Below are positions 43,163 through 51,201 of a stretch of 64,000 nt of DNA, piece by piece. Location: NCBI GenBank assembly GCA_965247675.1, contig OZ252025.1, forward strand, positions 2,525,153-2,589,152, read 5' to 3'. Within the stretch, counting starts at the first letter, position 1. Each line of letters begins with the position of its first letter. The stretch is from Tepidiformaceae bacterium (lineage in GTDB: Bacteria > Chloroflexota > Dehalococcoidia > Tepidiformales > Tepidiformaceae). The position numbers and the translations under genes were made by a program. The notes under the pieces are model-generated. The model was not told the DNA's origin. It ran no database searches and saw nothing but the letters and a program-made list of their open reading frames with translations.

Positions 43163-44080
43163 ATGACTACCTTTCTCGACACCGAGACCGAGGCGCCTCC
43201 CTACATCCTCTGCGAGGACCTCTTCAAGATTCACAAGAGCGAGGACCTCGAGGTCGTCGCCCTGCGCGGCCTCGACCTGAAGGTCCGCGGGGGCGAGCTG
43301 ATGGCCATCGTCGGCGCCTCCGGCTCGGGCAAGAGCACCCTGCTCAACATCCTCGCCGGGCTCGACCAGCCCAGCGCCGGGCGCGCCTTCGTGGGCGGAC
43401 GCGACCTGCTCACCCTGACCGAGCCCGAGATGGTGCGTTACCGCCGCAGCTCCGTCGGCTTCATCTGGCAGCAGACCGGCCGCAACCTCATCCCCTACCT
43501 GACCGCCACCCAGAACGTCGAGCTGCCCCTCATGCTCGATGGCGTCGAGTCGCGCGCCGCCCGCGCGCGCGCCAACGAGCTCCTCGAGGCGGTCAGCCTG
43601 GGCCACCGCCACGACCACCACCCCGAGCAGCTCTCGGGCGGCGAGCAGCAGCGCGTCTCCATCGCCGTGGCGCTCGCCAACCGCCCGCCCCTGCTCCTGG
43701 CCGACGAGCCCACCGGCGAGCTCGATGCTATCGGCGCCGACAGCGTCTACGAGGTCCTCGGCGACCTGAACGCGCGCTACGGCGTCACCATCATCATCGT
43801 CACCCACGACCCCGAAATCGCCTCCCGCGTCGACCGCGTCGTCGCCATTCGCGACGGCCGCACGAGCATGGAGATCTTCCGCCGCGTGGAGAAGACGGGC
43901 GGCGTCACCCACGTCGTGCACGACGAGTACGTGCTCGTCGATTCCGCCGGCCGCCTGCAGGTGCCGCGCGAATTCCTCGACCGGCTCAGCATCCGCGAGC
44001 GGGCCAAGCTCTTCCTGGGCGATGGCCGCGTCGAGGTGCTGCCCGACACCGTTCGCCGCGTGCCCGTGGAGGAAAGCTGA
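43163..44080 (+). CDS. ABC transporter ATP-binding protein (MacB/LolD type) with a C-terminal AbrB/SpoVT-like extension
   Basis: Walker [10 protein letters not shown], signature LSGGEQQRV and Walker [13 protein letters not shown]. The tail [38 protein letters not shown] resembles a swapped-hairpin domain. Confidence 0.88.
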   Translation: MTTFLDTETEAPPYILCEDLFKIHKSEDLEVVALRGLDLKVRGGELMAIVGASGSGKSTLLNILAGLDQPSAGRAFVGGRDLLTLTEPEMVRYRRSSVGFIWQQTGRNLIPYLTATQNVELPLMLDGVESRAARARANELLEAVSLGHRHDHHPEQLSGGEQQRVSIAVALANRPPLLLADEPTGELDAIGADSVYEVLGDLNARYGVTIIIVTHDPEIASRVDRVVAIRDGRTSMEIFRRVEKTGGVTHVVHDEYVLVDSAGRLQVPREFLDRLSIRERAKLFLGDGRVEVLPDTVRRVPVEES

Positions 44081-44958
44081 TGGCCGGCGCTTCGGTCGAG
44101 CTACGCAACGTCTCCCGCCGCTTCCAGCTCGGGTCGGAGGAGGTGTGGGCCGTTCGCGGCGTCACCCTCTCCATCGAGCCGGGCGAGTTCCTCGCCCTGA
44201 TCGGACGCTCCGGCTCCGGCAAGACGACCCTGCTCAACACCATCGCCGGGCTCGACCGCCCCACCGCCGGCGAGGTCGAGATCGACGGGGTGCGCGTCGA
44301 CACGATGCGCGAGTCCGAGCTGATTTCGCTGCGCCGCCAGAAGCTGGGCTTCATCTTCCAGTCGTTCGGATTGCTGCCCCTCCTCTCCGCCCAGGAAAAC
44401 GTGGAGCTACCCCTGCGCATCGCCGGCGTGCAGCGCGCACGCCCCGCCCGCGCCCGCGAGGTGCTGGAGCTGGTGGGGCTCGAACGGCGCGCCCACCACC
44501 GCCCCTACGAGCTCTCCGGAGGCGAGCAGCAGCGCGTCGCCATCGCCCGCGCGCTCGTCACCGAACCCACCCTCGTGCTCGCCGACGAGCCCACCGGCGA
44601 ACTCGACTCCGCCACCGCCACCGCCGTCTTCACCCTCATCCGCGACATCTGTCGCGAGCGCGGCGTCACCATCATCACCTGCACGCACGACCGCCTCGTG
44701 ATGGAGATGGCCAGCCGCGTCGAGGAACTGGAGGACGGCCGCCTCGCCACGGGCCACAAGGGCGATGTCTGGGGACGGGTGCAGTCGCGCGAACGCACCC
44801 CCTTCGAAGCGCCCGAGGGCGAGAGCCAGGAGAGCCAGTCGCTCCCCTCCCTCATCGGCGCCGACACCCGCAACTTCGGTCCCCGCGAGCCCGAGCCCAG
44901 GCCGGAGCCAGAGGAAGTCGAGGACATCCCCGAGGGCCGCTGGTCCCGGCCGGAGTAG
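44080..44958 (+). CDS. ABC transporter ATP-binding protein (MacB/LolD type) with an acidic disordered tail
   Basis: Walker A GRSGSGKTT, signature [15 protein letters not shown] and Walker [13 protein letters not shown]. The start overlaps the upstream stop (TGATG). Confidence 0.9.
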   Translation: MAGASVELRNVSRRFQLGSEEVWAVRGVTLSIEPGEFLALIGRSGSGKTTLLNTIAGLDRPTAGEVEIDGVRVDTMRESELISLRRQKLGFIFQSFGLLPLLSAQENVELPLRIAGVQRARPARAREVLELVGLERRAHHRPYELSGGEQQRVAIARALVTEPTLVLADEPTGELDSATATAVFTLIRDICRERGVTIITCTHDRLVMEMASRVEELEDGRLATGHKGDVWGRVQSRERTPFEAPEGESQESQSLPSLIGADTRNFGPREPEPRPEPEEVEDIPEGRWSRPE

Positions 44959-44992
44959 GGGACTCGCTGGCACCGCATACGGTGTCAGCGCC

Positions 44993-45367
44993 ATGCAAAC
45001 CGTTGACTACCTGGAGCTCCCATACCACCGCATCATCCAGCCGGGTGAGGGCGGCTACTGGTCCGCCCACGTGCTGGAGCTCGACGGCGTGTTCAGCGAG
45101 GGTGGGAGCGCTGCCGAAGCGGCCGAGAACCTGAACCTCGCGATGGGCCTCTGGATCGACCACGAGCTCGCAGAGGGCCACCCCATCCCCCAGCCCTGGG
45201 GTGCCGACCGCTCCGGCGACATCCGCCTGCGCCTGCCTCGATCGCTGCACGCCAATGCAGCCCTGCGGGCCAAGATCGAAGGGGTCTCACTCAACTACCT
45301 GATCGCTACTGCCCTCACGGCCTATCTCTCCCAACCAGTGGCGGCAGGCGAAGCCGCCAACCGATAG
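44993..45367 (+). CDS. hicB: HicB-family antitoxin (HicB N-domain + RHH-like C-terminus), no HicA adjacent
   Basis: YHRIIQPGEGGYWSAHVLELDGVFSEGGSAAEAAENLNLAMGLWIDHELAEGHPIPQP followed by RLRLPRSLHANAALRAKIEGVSLNYLIATAL. ATG lies 9 nt after TACGGT. Confidence 0.8.
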   Translation: MQTVDYLELPYHRIIQPGEGGYWSAHVLELDGVFSEGGSAAEAAENLNLAMGLWIDHELAEGHPIPQPWGADRSGDIRLRLPRSLHANAALRAKIEGVSLNYLIATALTAYLSQPVAAGEAANR

Positions 45368-45374
45368 CCTTCGC

Positions 45375-45707
45375 TCAGGGCGGGGGTAGCACAACCGCCA
45401 CCTGCCGACCGTCGTCGCCCAGTTCCCGCTTCAGGTAGAGGCACGCCGCCGCCAGCGAGTCCACCCGGGCAGTCCCGACGAGCTCCCACCCCTCTGCCCC
45501 AAGCGTCCCGAGGATCCACGTCGTGTGAACCTTCTCAGGGTCGAAGTGAATGGAGGTCGGGGTCTGGCTCGTGGCTCGGTCGGCGTGGAGCCCGAGGCTG
45601 GCCGCATCCTGCTCGTGGCTGAACAGAATCCAACCCCGCGCCGGCTTCTCGTCGGCGATGTACAGCAGCGCGTACTCCCACTTCACCGGCCGCATGCTAT
45701 CCGCCAC
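45375..45707 (-). CDS. Hypothetical small protein (DUF4177-like WEY...GAEGWELVG pattern)
   Basis: 110-aa ORF. GTG 45707 lies 8 nt after TAGAGT of motif copy 6. ATG 45695 is an alternative start. Confidence 0.45.
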   Translation of the reverse strand: MADSMRPVKWEYALLYIADEKPARGWILFSHEQDAASLGLHADRATSQTPTSIHFDPEKVHTTWILGTLGAEGWELVGTARVDSLAAACLYLKRELGDDGRQVAVVLPPP

Positions 45708-45715
45708 ATGGTTTC

Positions 45716-45745
45716 ACTCTAGCGACCCCCCGACCGAATTACCCC
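45716..45745 (-). promoter_or_regulatory. Bipartite upstream motif copy 6 (GGGGTAATTC, 14 nt, TAGAGT)
   Basis: TAATTC is the reverse complement of 45736-45741. TAGAGT is the reverse complement of 45716-45721. Confidence 0.45.
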
Positions 45746-45759
45746 ACCCGCTCAACCCC

Positions 45760-45893
45760 GCATCGCGAGCGCGCAGCAGTCGAGCGCAGACCTTAAAGCC
45801 CACCGCTCTCCTCCCCCCTCAGGCACGCATCGCGAGCGCGCAGCAGTCGCGCGCGGAGAACCTCGCGCGGCGCTCTCCTCCGGTACACTCTCC
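45760..45893 (+). repeat. Two tandem ~67-bp units, each containing the GCGAGCGCGCAGCAGNCGNGCGC motif also amplified at 23923-24300
   Basis: GCATCGCGAGCGCGCAGCAGTCG starts at 45760 and again at 45827. The second unit continues ..GCGCGGAGAAC, matching the 36-bp SDR repeat unit. It ends at the TACACT -10 (45884-45889). Confidence 0.75.
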
Positions 45894-45895
45894 CC

Positions 45896-46321
45896 ATGCC
45901 CGTTTTCCCTTCCACCGAGTGGTTCCAGGAGGCGGCCGACCGCCTCAACGCCTCCGACAGCTTCGACCGCCTCGGAAACTGCGACGCCGCCGTCGGCGTG
46001 CGCGTGGGCGACCGCTGCTTCGCCATCACCTTCGACGCGTTCGCTATCACCGACGTCGCCGAGGTGCCCTGCGACGCCCCGGGGGATCTCGACTTCACGC
46101 TGCTGCAGACGCCGGAGGCCTGGCGCGCGATGCTCGAGAACATCAAGGAGAACGGTCAGGCGGACGCACTCTTCACCCTCAACTCGCTCGACCTCTCGAC
46201 CTCCGACGGCCTCGCCACGGGCGAGGACTACCACCGCCGCGACCTCCTCTACCGCTACAACCAGACCTTCCAGGAATACTTCGACATATCCGCGGAGATG
46301 GACACGACCTTCGCGCCATGA
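45896..46321 (+). CDS. SCP2 (sterol-carrier-like) domain protein
   Basis: MPVFPSTEWFQEAADRLNAS... is the typical N-terminus of actinobacterial SCP2-domain proteins. ATG lies 6 nt after TACACT. The stop overlaps the next ATG (ATGA). Confidence 0.6.
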   Translation: MPVFPSTEWFQEAADRLNASDSFDRLGNCDAAVGVRVGDRCFAITFDAFAITDVAEVPCDAPGDLDFTLLQTPEAWRAMLENIKENGQADALFTLNSLDLSTSDGLATGEDYHRRDLLYRYNQTFQEYFDISAEMDTTFAP

Positions 46322-47634
46322 CCGCAACACCGCCCTTCCTCACGCGTGTTCGCATCAAGAACTACAAGAGCATCGCGGCATGCGATGTGAAGCTGGGGAA
46401 CCTGGCCTTTTTGGTCGGCCCCAACGGCTCCGGTAAGAGCAACTTCCTCGACGCCCTCCGCTTCGTAGCCGACGCGCTTGACGACTCGCCCAGCCCGATC
46501 GAGCCGGATCAGAATGTCGTGCACATCACGCCCGGGAAGGTTCCAGACACACCTCTGGGCCGCGCGCTCGAAGTCCGTGGAGGCATCCGCCTAGTTCACC
46601 AGCAGATGGGCCCACTCGGATTCTCCTTCGGGATCCGGCTTGACTTCCACACTCGGGACGGCCGGCGCGGCCACTACAGCCTGCAGATTGGCACGAACGA
46701 AGCGGCTCAGGTGAGGCAAGACGAGCCACAATTCACTGTCGAGCGAGAGGAATGCGACCTTGGCGGCGGTGCGTCCTTTTCCATCGACAAATCCACTGTT
46801 GATGGATTTCCGCCGCCCCCGTTCCCTCCCGACAAGTCGCTACCCTGCGTCGACCGCTCCGATCTCTATCTGCGAAGACTGGCCCTCGATCACGACAGCC
46901 CACCGACACTGTTGCCCTTCCGGGACGCTTACAGCGCCCTGGTTCGTATGCGTTCCTACAGCCCCAGGCCCGATTCGATGCGCAAGCCCCTAAAGCCAGA
47001 CGAGAAGGGGCTTTTGCAGCACGACGGCGAGAACATTTGGGCCGTGCTCCAGAACCTGCAGGCGGTCAGTCCAGACACGTTCAGCCAAATCGAGGATTAT
47101 CTGGAGCTTGTCGTCCCGGGTCTGTCACTTGAGCCGTTTCTCCTCAGCCCTACCGACGCCGCCTACGCGGAGTTTCACGAGGATGTCCCTGGCCGGACCT
47201 ATCCCAGAAAGCTCCCTGCGAGGTCGATGTCGGACGGCACCCTACGAGCCGTCGGAGCACTCACTGCCCTGTTTCAGGAGGACGAAGCCGGGCCGCCAAC
47301 ACTTGTGGCGATCGAGGAGCCTGAGACGGCCCTTCACCCTGCAGCCGTGGGTGTCCTTCTCGGGGCCATGCGCTCCGTCAGCGACCACACCCAGGTGCTT
47401 GTCACGACGCACTCGCCAGAGCTTCTTCACTCCGATGACGTGCGGACGGACGAACTGCTCGCCGTATCGGCAGAGACCGGCGTGACCGTGATCGGCGGCA
47501 TTGACGTAGGCTCCCGCGATATCCTGGCGGACCGGCTGTTCTCGCCTGGAGAGCTCTTGCGCCTCGACCAGCTCGAGCCGGACAGCGCCGCTCCTCCGGC
47601 TGCCTGCGACGAAAGCGACCTTTTCGAACTCTAG
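46318..47634 (+). CDS. AAA_15/AAA_21-type (ABC/SMC-like) ATPase
   Basis: In frame within ORF 45550..47634. RIKNYKSI...LVGPNGSGKSNFLDALRF (Walker A), MSDGTLRAVG, and LVAIEEPETALHP...VTTHSPELL (Walker B / D- and H-loops). Confidence 0.85.
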   Translation: MTATPPFLTRVRIKNYKSIAACDVKLGNLAFLVGPNGSGKSNFLDALRFVADALDDSPSPIEPDQNVVHITPGKVPDTPLGRALEVRGGIRLVHQQMGPLGFSFGIRLDFHTRDGRRGHYSLQIGTNEAAQVRQDEPQFTVEREECDLGGGASFSIDKSTVDGFPPPPFPPDKSLPCVDRSDLYLRRLALDHDSPPTLLPFRDAYSALVRMRSYSPRPDSMRKPLKPDEKGLLQHDGENIWAVLQNLQAVSPDTFSQIEDYLELVVPGLSLEPFLLSPTDAAYAEFHEDVPGRTYPRKLPARSMSDGTLRAVGALTALFQEDEAGPPTLVAIEEPETALHPAAVGVLLGAMRSVSDHTQVLVTTHSPELLHSDDVRTDELLAVSAETGVTVIGGIDVGSRDILADRLFSPGELLRLDQLEPDSAAPPAACDESDLFEL

Positions 47635-48221
47635 ATGCGGCAGATCGTGCCAATCGTCGAGGGTCACGGTGAGCTGCGCGCAATTCCCATCCTTGTCCGC
47701 CGCGTCCTGGAGGCACAGGGCATCCTCACCAGTGTCCAGGTTTCAAGGCCATCCGCGAGCGCAGGGGCACTCTGCTGAAACAGGGCGGTGTCGAACGCCT
47801 CGCGCAGGCTGCCCGACGGAAGGCAAGGAGCGAGGCACGGGTTCTCGTTGTCCTTGACGCAGACGACGACTGTGCCGCGACCTTAGGGCCGCAACTCCAA
47901 GGGCGGCTGGAACGGGAACTCGGAGACAATGCGGGGGCCGCAGTGCTGCCGGTACGCGAGTACGAGAGCTGGCTGATCGGCGACGCACCCTCGCTCAGCC
48001 GGGATGGAGCCTTCCGAGACAACATCAGGCCGCAGGGGAACCCCGAGTCCGTCCTTGACGCCAAGCGATGGCTCAACGACCGGCGTACGGCCAAACATCG
48101 CTATGACCCTGTCAAGGACCAGGCCCGCCTCACCGAACTCGTAGACCTCGAAATTGTCCGCCAGCGGTGCCCATCCTTCGACAAGTTCTGGCGCGAGGTC
48201 GAGCGACTCGCGACTTCCTAG
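47635..48221 (+). pseudogene. DUF4276-family protein, split by a single frameshift
   Basis: ATG 47635 gives MRQIVPIVEGHGELRAIPILVRRVLEAQGILTSVQ, then stops at 47776. The family-like sequence continues without stops in another frame from about 47736: FKAIRERRGTLLKQGGVERL...VLVVLDADDDC...REYESWLIGD...CPSFDKFWREVERL. Confidence 0.7.
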
Positions 48222-48739
48222 CGCCTCGCTCGACGGTGCCAGCGACGACCGCGCCCTGACCCGCCGTGCCTCGCCGGTGCGGGCGTGGGGGCGAGGGTGG
48301 CGGCCCCCTTCTCGATGATCGGGTGCAGCACCGTCATCGCGCGGGCGACCTCGCCCGCCACCTCGTTCGCAAGCTCGACCGTGAGGCGCTCGAAGGGGAA
48401 GGGGCGGTGCAGCCGCCGCCAGGTCGAGGTCCACTCCTCCAGCTCCCAGGAGGGGCCAAGCTCCCCGAGAACGTCAGCGGCGTTCGCGGCCAACAGCTCC
48501 ACCCAGGCGTCGTTCGCCTCGACCGCGCCCTCGAAGTGCAGCCCCGCCTCCACCACGCCCCGCCCCATCTGCGGCTGCAGCTCGAAGTGCACGTGCTCGT
48601 CGCCGAAGTGCAGCTGCAGCATCGTCCAGCGCACACGGTGCTCGGGCGGGGGGATGGCGGGCGGCAGCTGCGTCAGGATCTGGTCCTCGCAGAAGAACAC
48701 GAACTCGCGCGCCTTGAGGGAACCGTCCGGTTTCGGCAT
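48218..48739 (-). CDS. Hypothetical protein
   Basis: GC3-rich ORF (track 48218..48748). ATG 48739 lies 8 nt after TACAGT (reverse complement of 48748-48753). No family recognised. Confidence 0.55.
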   Translation of the reverse strand: MPKPDGSLKAREFVFFCEDQILTQLPPAIPPPEHRVRWTMLQLHFGDEHVHFELQPQMGRGVVEAGLHFEGAVEANDAWVELLAANAADVLGELGPSWELEEWTSTWRRLHRPFPFERLTVELANEVAGEVARAMTVLHPIIEKGAATLAPTPAPARHGGSGRGRRWHRRARR

Positions 48740-48791
48740 CGTCCCCAACTGTAGCGAACCCCGTCGCCATGGGGACTACACTTCCGTACAG

Positions 48792-49157
48792 ATGACCTCC
48801 CGGACGGAAGAAGACGGCGCCACCATCGTCGCCGAGGCGCGCGACATTGCCGAGGCGCACATCTGGATCCACGCCCTCCGCGACGAGGACATTGAGGCCG
48901 CCTTCCTCGAGCGCGGCCCGGGCGGCGCCTTAGGCGGCGCCAGCCTCTTCGGCAGCTCCTACGCCGTGCTCGTGCCCCGCGCCCGCATCGGCGAGGCCCG
49001 CAGCGTCATCGCCGAGCTCGGCGGCGGCCGCGCCCTCGTCGCCTATCGCACCGCCGAGGAGGAGCGGGAGCGCGCGCGCCGCGTCTTCCTCACGGTGGCG
49101 GGAGGGGTTTCACTCGTGGCGGTCGCCGTCGTCGTCCTGCGCTTCGCCCTGGGCTAG
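48792..49157 (+). CDS. DUF2007-like small protein with a C-terminal TM helix
   Basis: In frame within ORF 48285..49157. ATG lies 9 nt after TACACT (48777-48782). AEAHIWIHALRDEDIEAAF...YAVLVPRARIGEARSVIAEL resembles DUF2007. Confidence 0.55.
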   Translation: MTSRTEEDGATIVAEARDIAEAHIWIHALRDEDIEAAFLERGPGGALGGASLFGSSYAVLVPRARIGEARSVIAELGGGRALVAYRTAEEERERARRVFLTVAGGVSLVAVAVVVLRFALG

Positions 49158-49161
49158 CGGC

Positions 49162-51201
49162 TCATTCGCCCAGGATCAACGACAGCACCCGGGCGCGCGT
49201 GCCGCGCGTCATCGCCAGCGTCAGGCGATCGCCCCGGCGCAGCACGGCATTGCCCGCAGGCGCCGAGAGGCGGCCGCGGTGCTCCATCGTCAGCACGCGG
49301 ACACCTTCGGGGAGGCCCGCGTCCGCCAGCGTCTTGCCCTCAACGGGCGCGCCCGCCGCCACCGTCAGCTCCATGGTGCTGATCTCCTCGTCGACGGGCG
49401 TAAGCGGCCGTACCTGCTGTTGCACCGCGCGCCGGTACGAGCGCACCAGCGCGCGCGCATCGATGGCGCCGAGCACGGGGCCGTCGCTCCCGTCGAGCAC
49501 GGGCAGCCAGCGGCGATCGTGGCTGGCGAGGCGGTCGAGCGCCTCGTCCAGGGGGGTGTCGGCGAGGACGACGGCGGGAAGGTCGCTCGCGAACCCCTCG
49601 ACCGGCGCTCCCGCATCGGGAACGGCGCGCAGTTCCTCGCTGGTGATCTCGCCCACGAGCCGCCCTCGTTCGTCCACCACCACACCCTCAGTGCTCCCCC
49701 GCCGCTCCAGGCTGGCGAGCGCGTCGGCCACGGTGGCGGTGTCGCGCACGGTGGCCAGGCGCACCACTGCGCGCTGGGCGGGCAGGGCGTCGAGCAAGGG
49801 GAAGGCGAAGCGATGGCGGTGCGCCATCGAGTCGGCGCGCGTCGGGACCTGGCTGCGGTAGATGGTGGTTTTCCCCACAAGCAGGGTGGCCACCGCCACG
49901 GTCACCATCGCGGGGGCCAGCAGCGAGAGGTTTCCCGTCATCTCGCCGACCATCAGCATCATCGCGAGGGGGGCGTGGGCGATGCTGCCGAAGACCGCGA
50001 TCATGCCGATGATCACGAGCGGCGCCGGTTCCGCGGGGAAGCCGGGCAGGTCGTGGAAGAGCCGCCAGAAGAGCGCCCCCAGCATGCCCCCGGCCACCAT
50101 CCCGGGGGCGAAGATGCCGCCCGCCGCGCCCGACCCCACCGTGAGCACCCCCGCAAGGATTCGCAGCAGCGGCAGGGCGATGATCAACCAGAGGGAGAAG
50201 TCCATCACCTCGTCGGGGGTGAGGGATTGCTGCACCCAGCCGTACCCGATGTGGATGGCTTCCGGGGCGAACATCGCGATGCCGCCGACGAGCACGCCGC
50301 CGATCGCGGGCTTCACCCAGCGCGGGCCGGTAAGTCTCGCGAAGAGCACCTGCGCGCCCTGCAGCCCGCGCGCGTAGAGGATGCCGAGCAGCCCGCAGGC
50401 CACGCCCAGGGCGAGGTAGTACGGCAGCTCCTCCGGGTGGGTGAAGGAGAATCCCGCCGTACCGCCGAAGATCGGCGTGTAGTCGTACCAGGCGCCGTAG
50501 ACGGCGAAGGCCACGATCGAGGAGATGAGCGAGAGCAGGATCGCGTCCGCCTCGAAGTCGTCGCGGTAGAGGGCCTCGGCGGCCATCATCGCGCCGCCCA
50601 GGGGAGCGCGGAAGATGGCGCCCACACCCGCCCCCATCCCGGCTACCAACGCCCGCCGGCGCTCGACCGCGTCCAGCCTCAGGAGGTCGGCGATCACCGA
50701 GCCGATGCCTCCCGAGATCTGCGCCGCCGGCCCCTCCCTCCCGGCTGCCCCACCGCTGCCAATCGTGATGGCGGAGGCGATCAGCTTCACCGGAATGACG
50801 CGCAGGCGCATGCGCCCGCCGCGCTGGTGGAAGGCGTCGATCACCTGGTCGGCCCCGGCCCCCTCCGCCTCCGGCGCCAGCGCATAAACGAGGATCCCCG
50901 AAGCGAGCGCCCCCAGTCCCACCACGATCGGGAGCATCCAGACGCGCGTCGGGCGGGAGGGTTCGCCGCCGCCCTCGCCCAGGGGATGGGGAGGCGCGTA
51001 GCCCGTCAGCTCGGTGAGGATGTAGCGAGTGGAGAAGTCGATCGCCTCGAAGAAGAGGATCGCCGCCACCCCGGCCACCACCCCGATGAGCGTGCCCAGC
51101 CAGAGCGCGCGCACGACATCCTGGGTCGTTACGCGCCCGAGGCGGCGTCGCAGGCGGCCACCGGCCCGCCTTCTCCAGCGACGCTTACGCGCGCGCCTCA
51201 T
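49162..51201 (-). CDS. ClC-family chloride channel/antiporter with C-terminal CBS pair and TrkA-C (RCK_C) domain
   Basis: GSGGAAGREGPAAQ, GAIFRAPLGG and GGIFAPGM selectivity motifs. A CBS-like region and a C-terminal VEGKTLADAGLPEGVRVLTMEHRG. Start is ATG 51201 or GTG 51207, which lies 6 nt after TACGAT. Confidence 0.88.
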   Translation of the reverse strand: MRRARKRRWRRRAGGRLRRRLGRVTTQDVVRALWLGTLIGVVAGVAAILFFEAIDFSTRYILTELTGYAPPHPLGEGGGEPSRPTRVWMLPIVVGLGALASGILVYALAPEAEGAGADQVIDAFHQRGGRMRLRVIPVKLIASAITIGSGGAAGREGPAAQISGGIGSVIADLLRLDAVERRRALVAGMGAGVGAIFRAPLGGAMMAAEALYRDDFEADAILLSLISSIVAFAVYGAWYDYTPIFGGTAGFSFTHPEELPYYLALGVACGLLGILYARGLQGAQVLFARLTGPRWVKPAIGGVLVGGIAMFAPEAIHIGYGWVQQSLTPDEVMDFSLWLIIALPLLRILAGVLTVGSGAAGGIFAPGMVAGGMLGALFWRLFHDLPGFPAEPAPLVIIGMIAVFGSIAHAPLAMMLMVGEMTGNLSLLAPAMVTVAVATLLVGKTTIYRSQVPTRADSMAHRHRFAFPLLDALPAQRAVVRLATVRDTATVADALASLERRGSTEGVVVDERGRLVGEITSEELRAVPDAGAPVEGFASDLPAVVLADTPLDEALDRLASHDRRWLPVLDGSDGPVLGAIDARALVRSYRRAVQQQVRPLTPVDEEISTMELTVAAGAPVEGKTLADAGLPEGVRVLTMEHRGRLSAPAGNAVLRRGDRLTLAMTRGTRARVLSLILGE

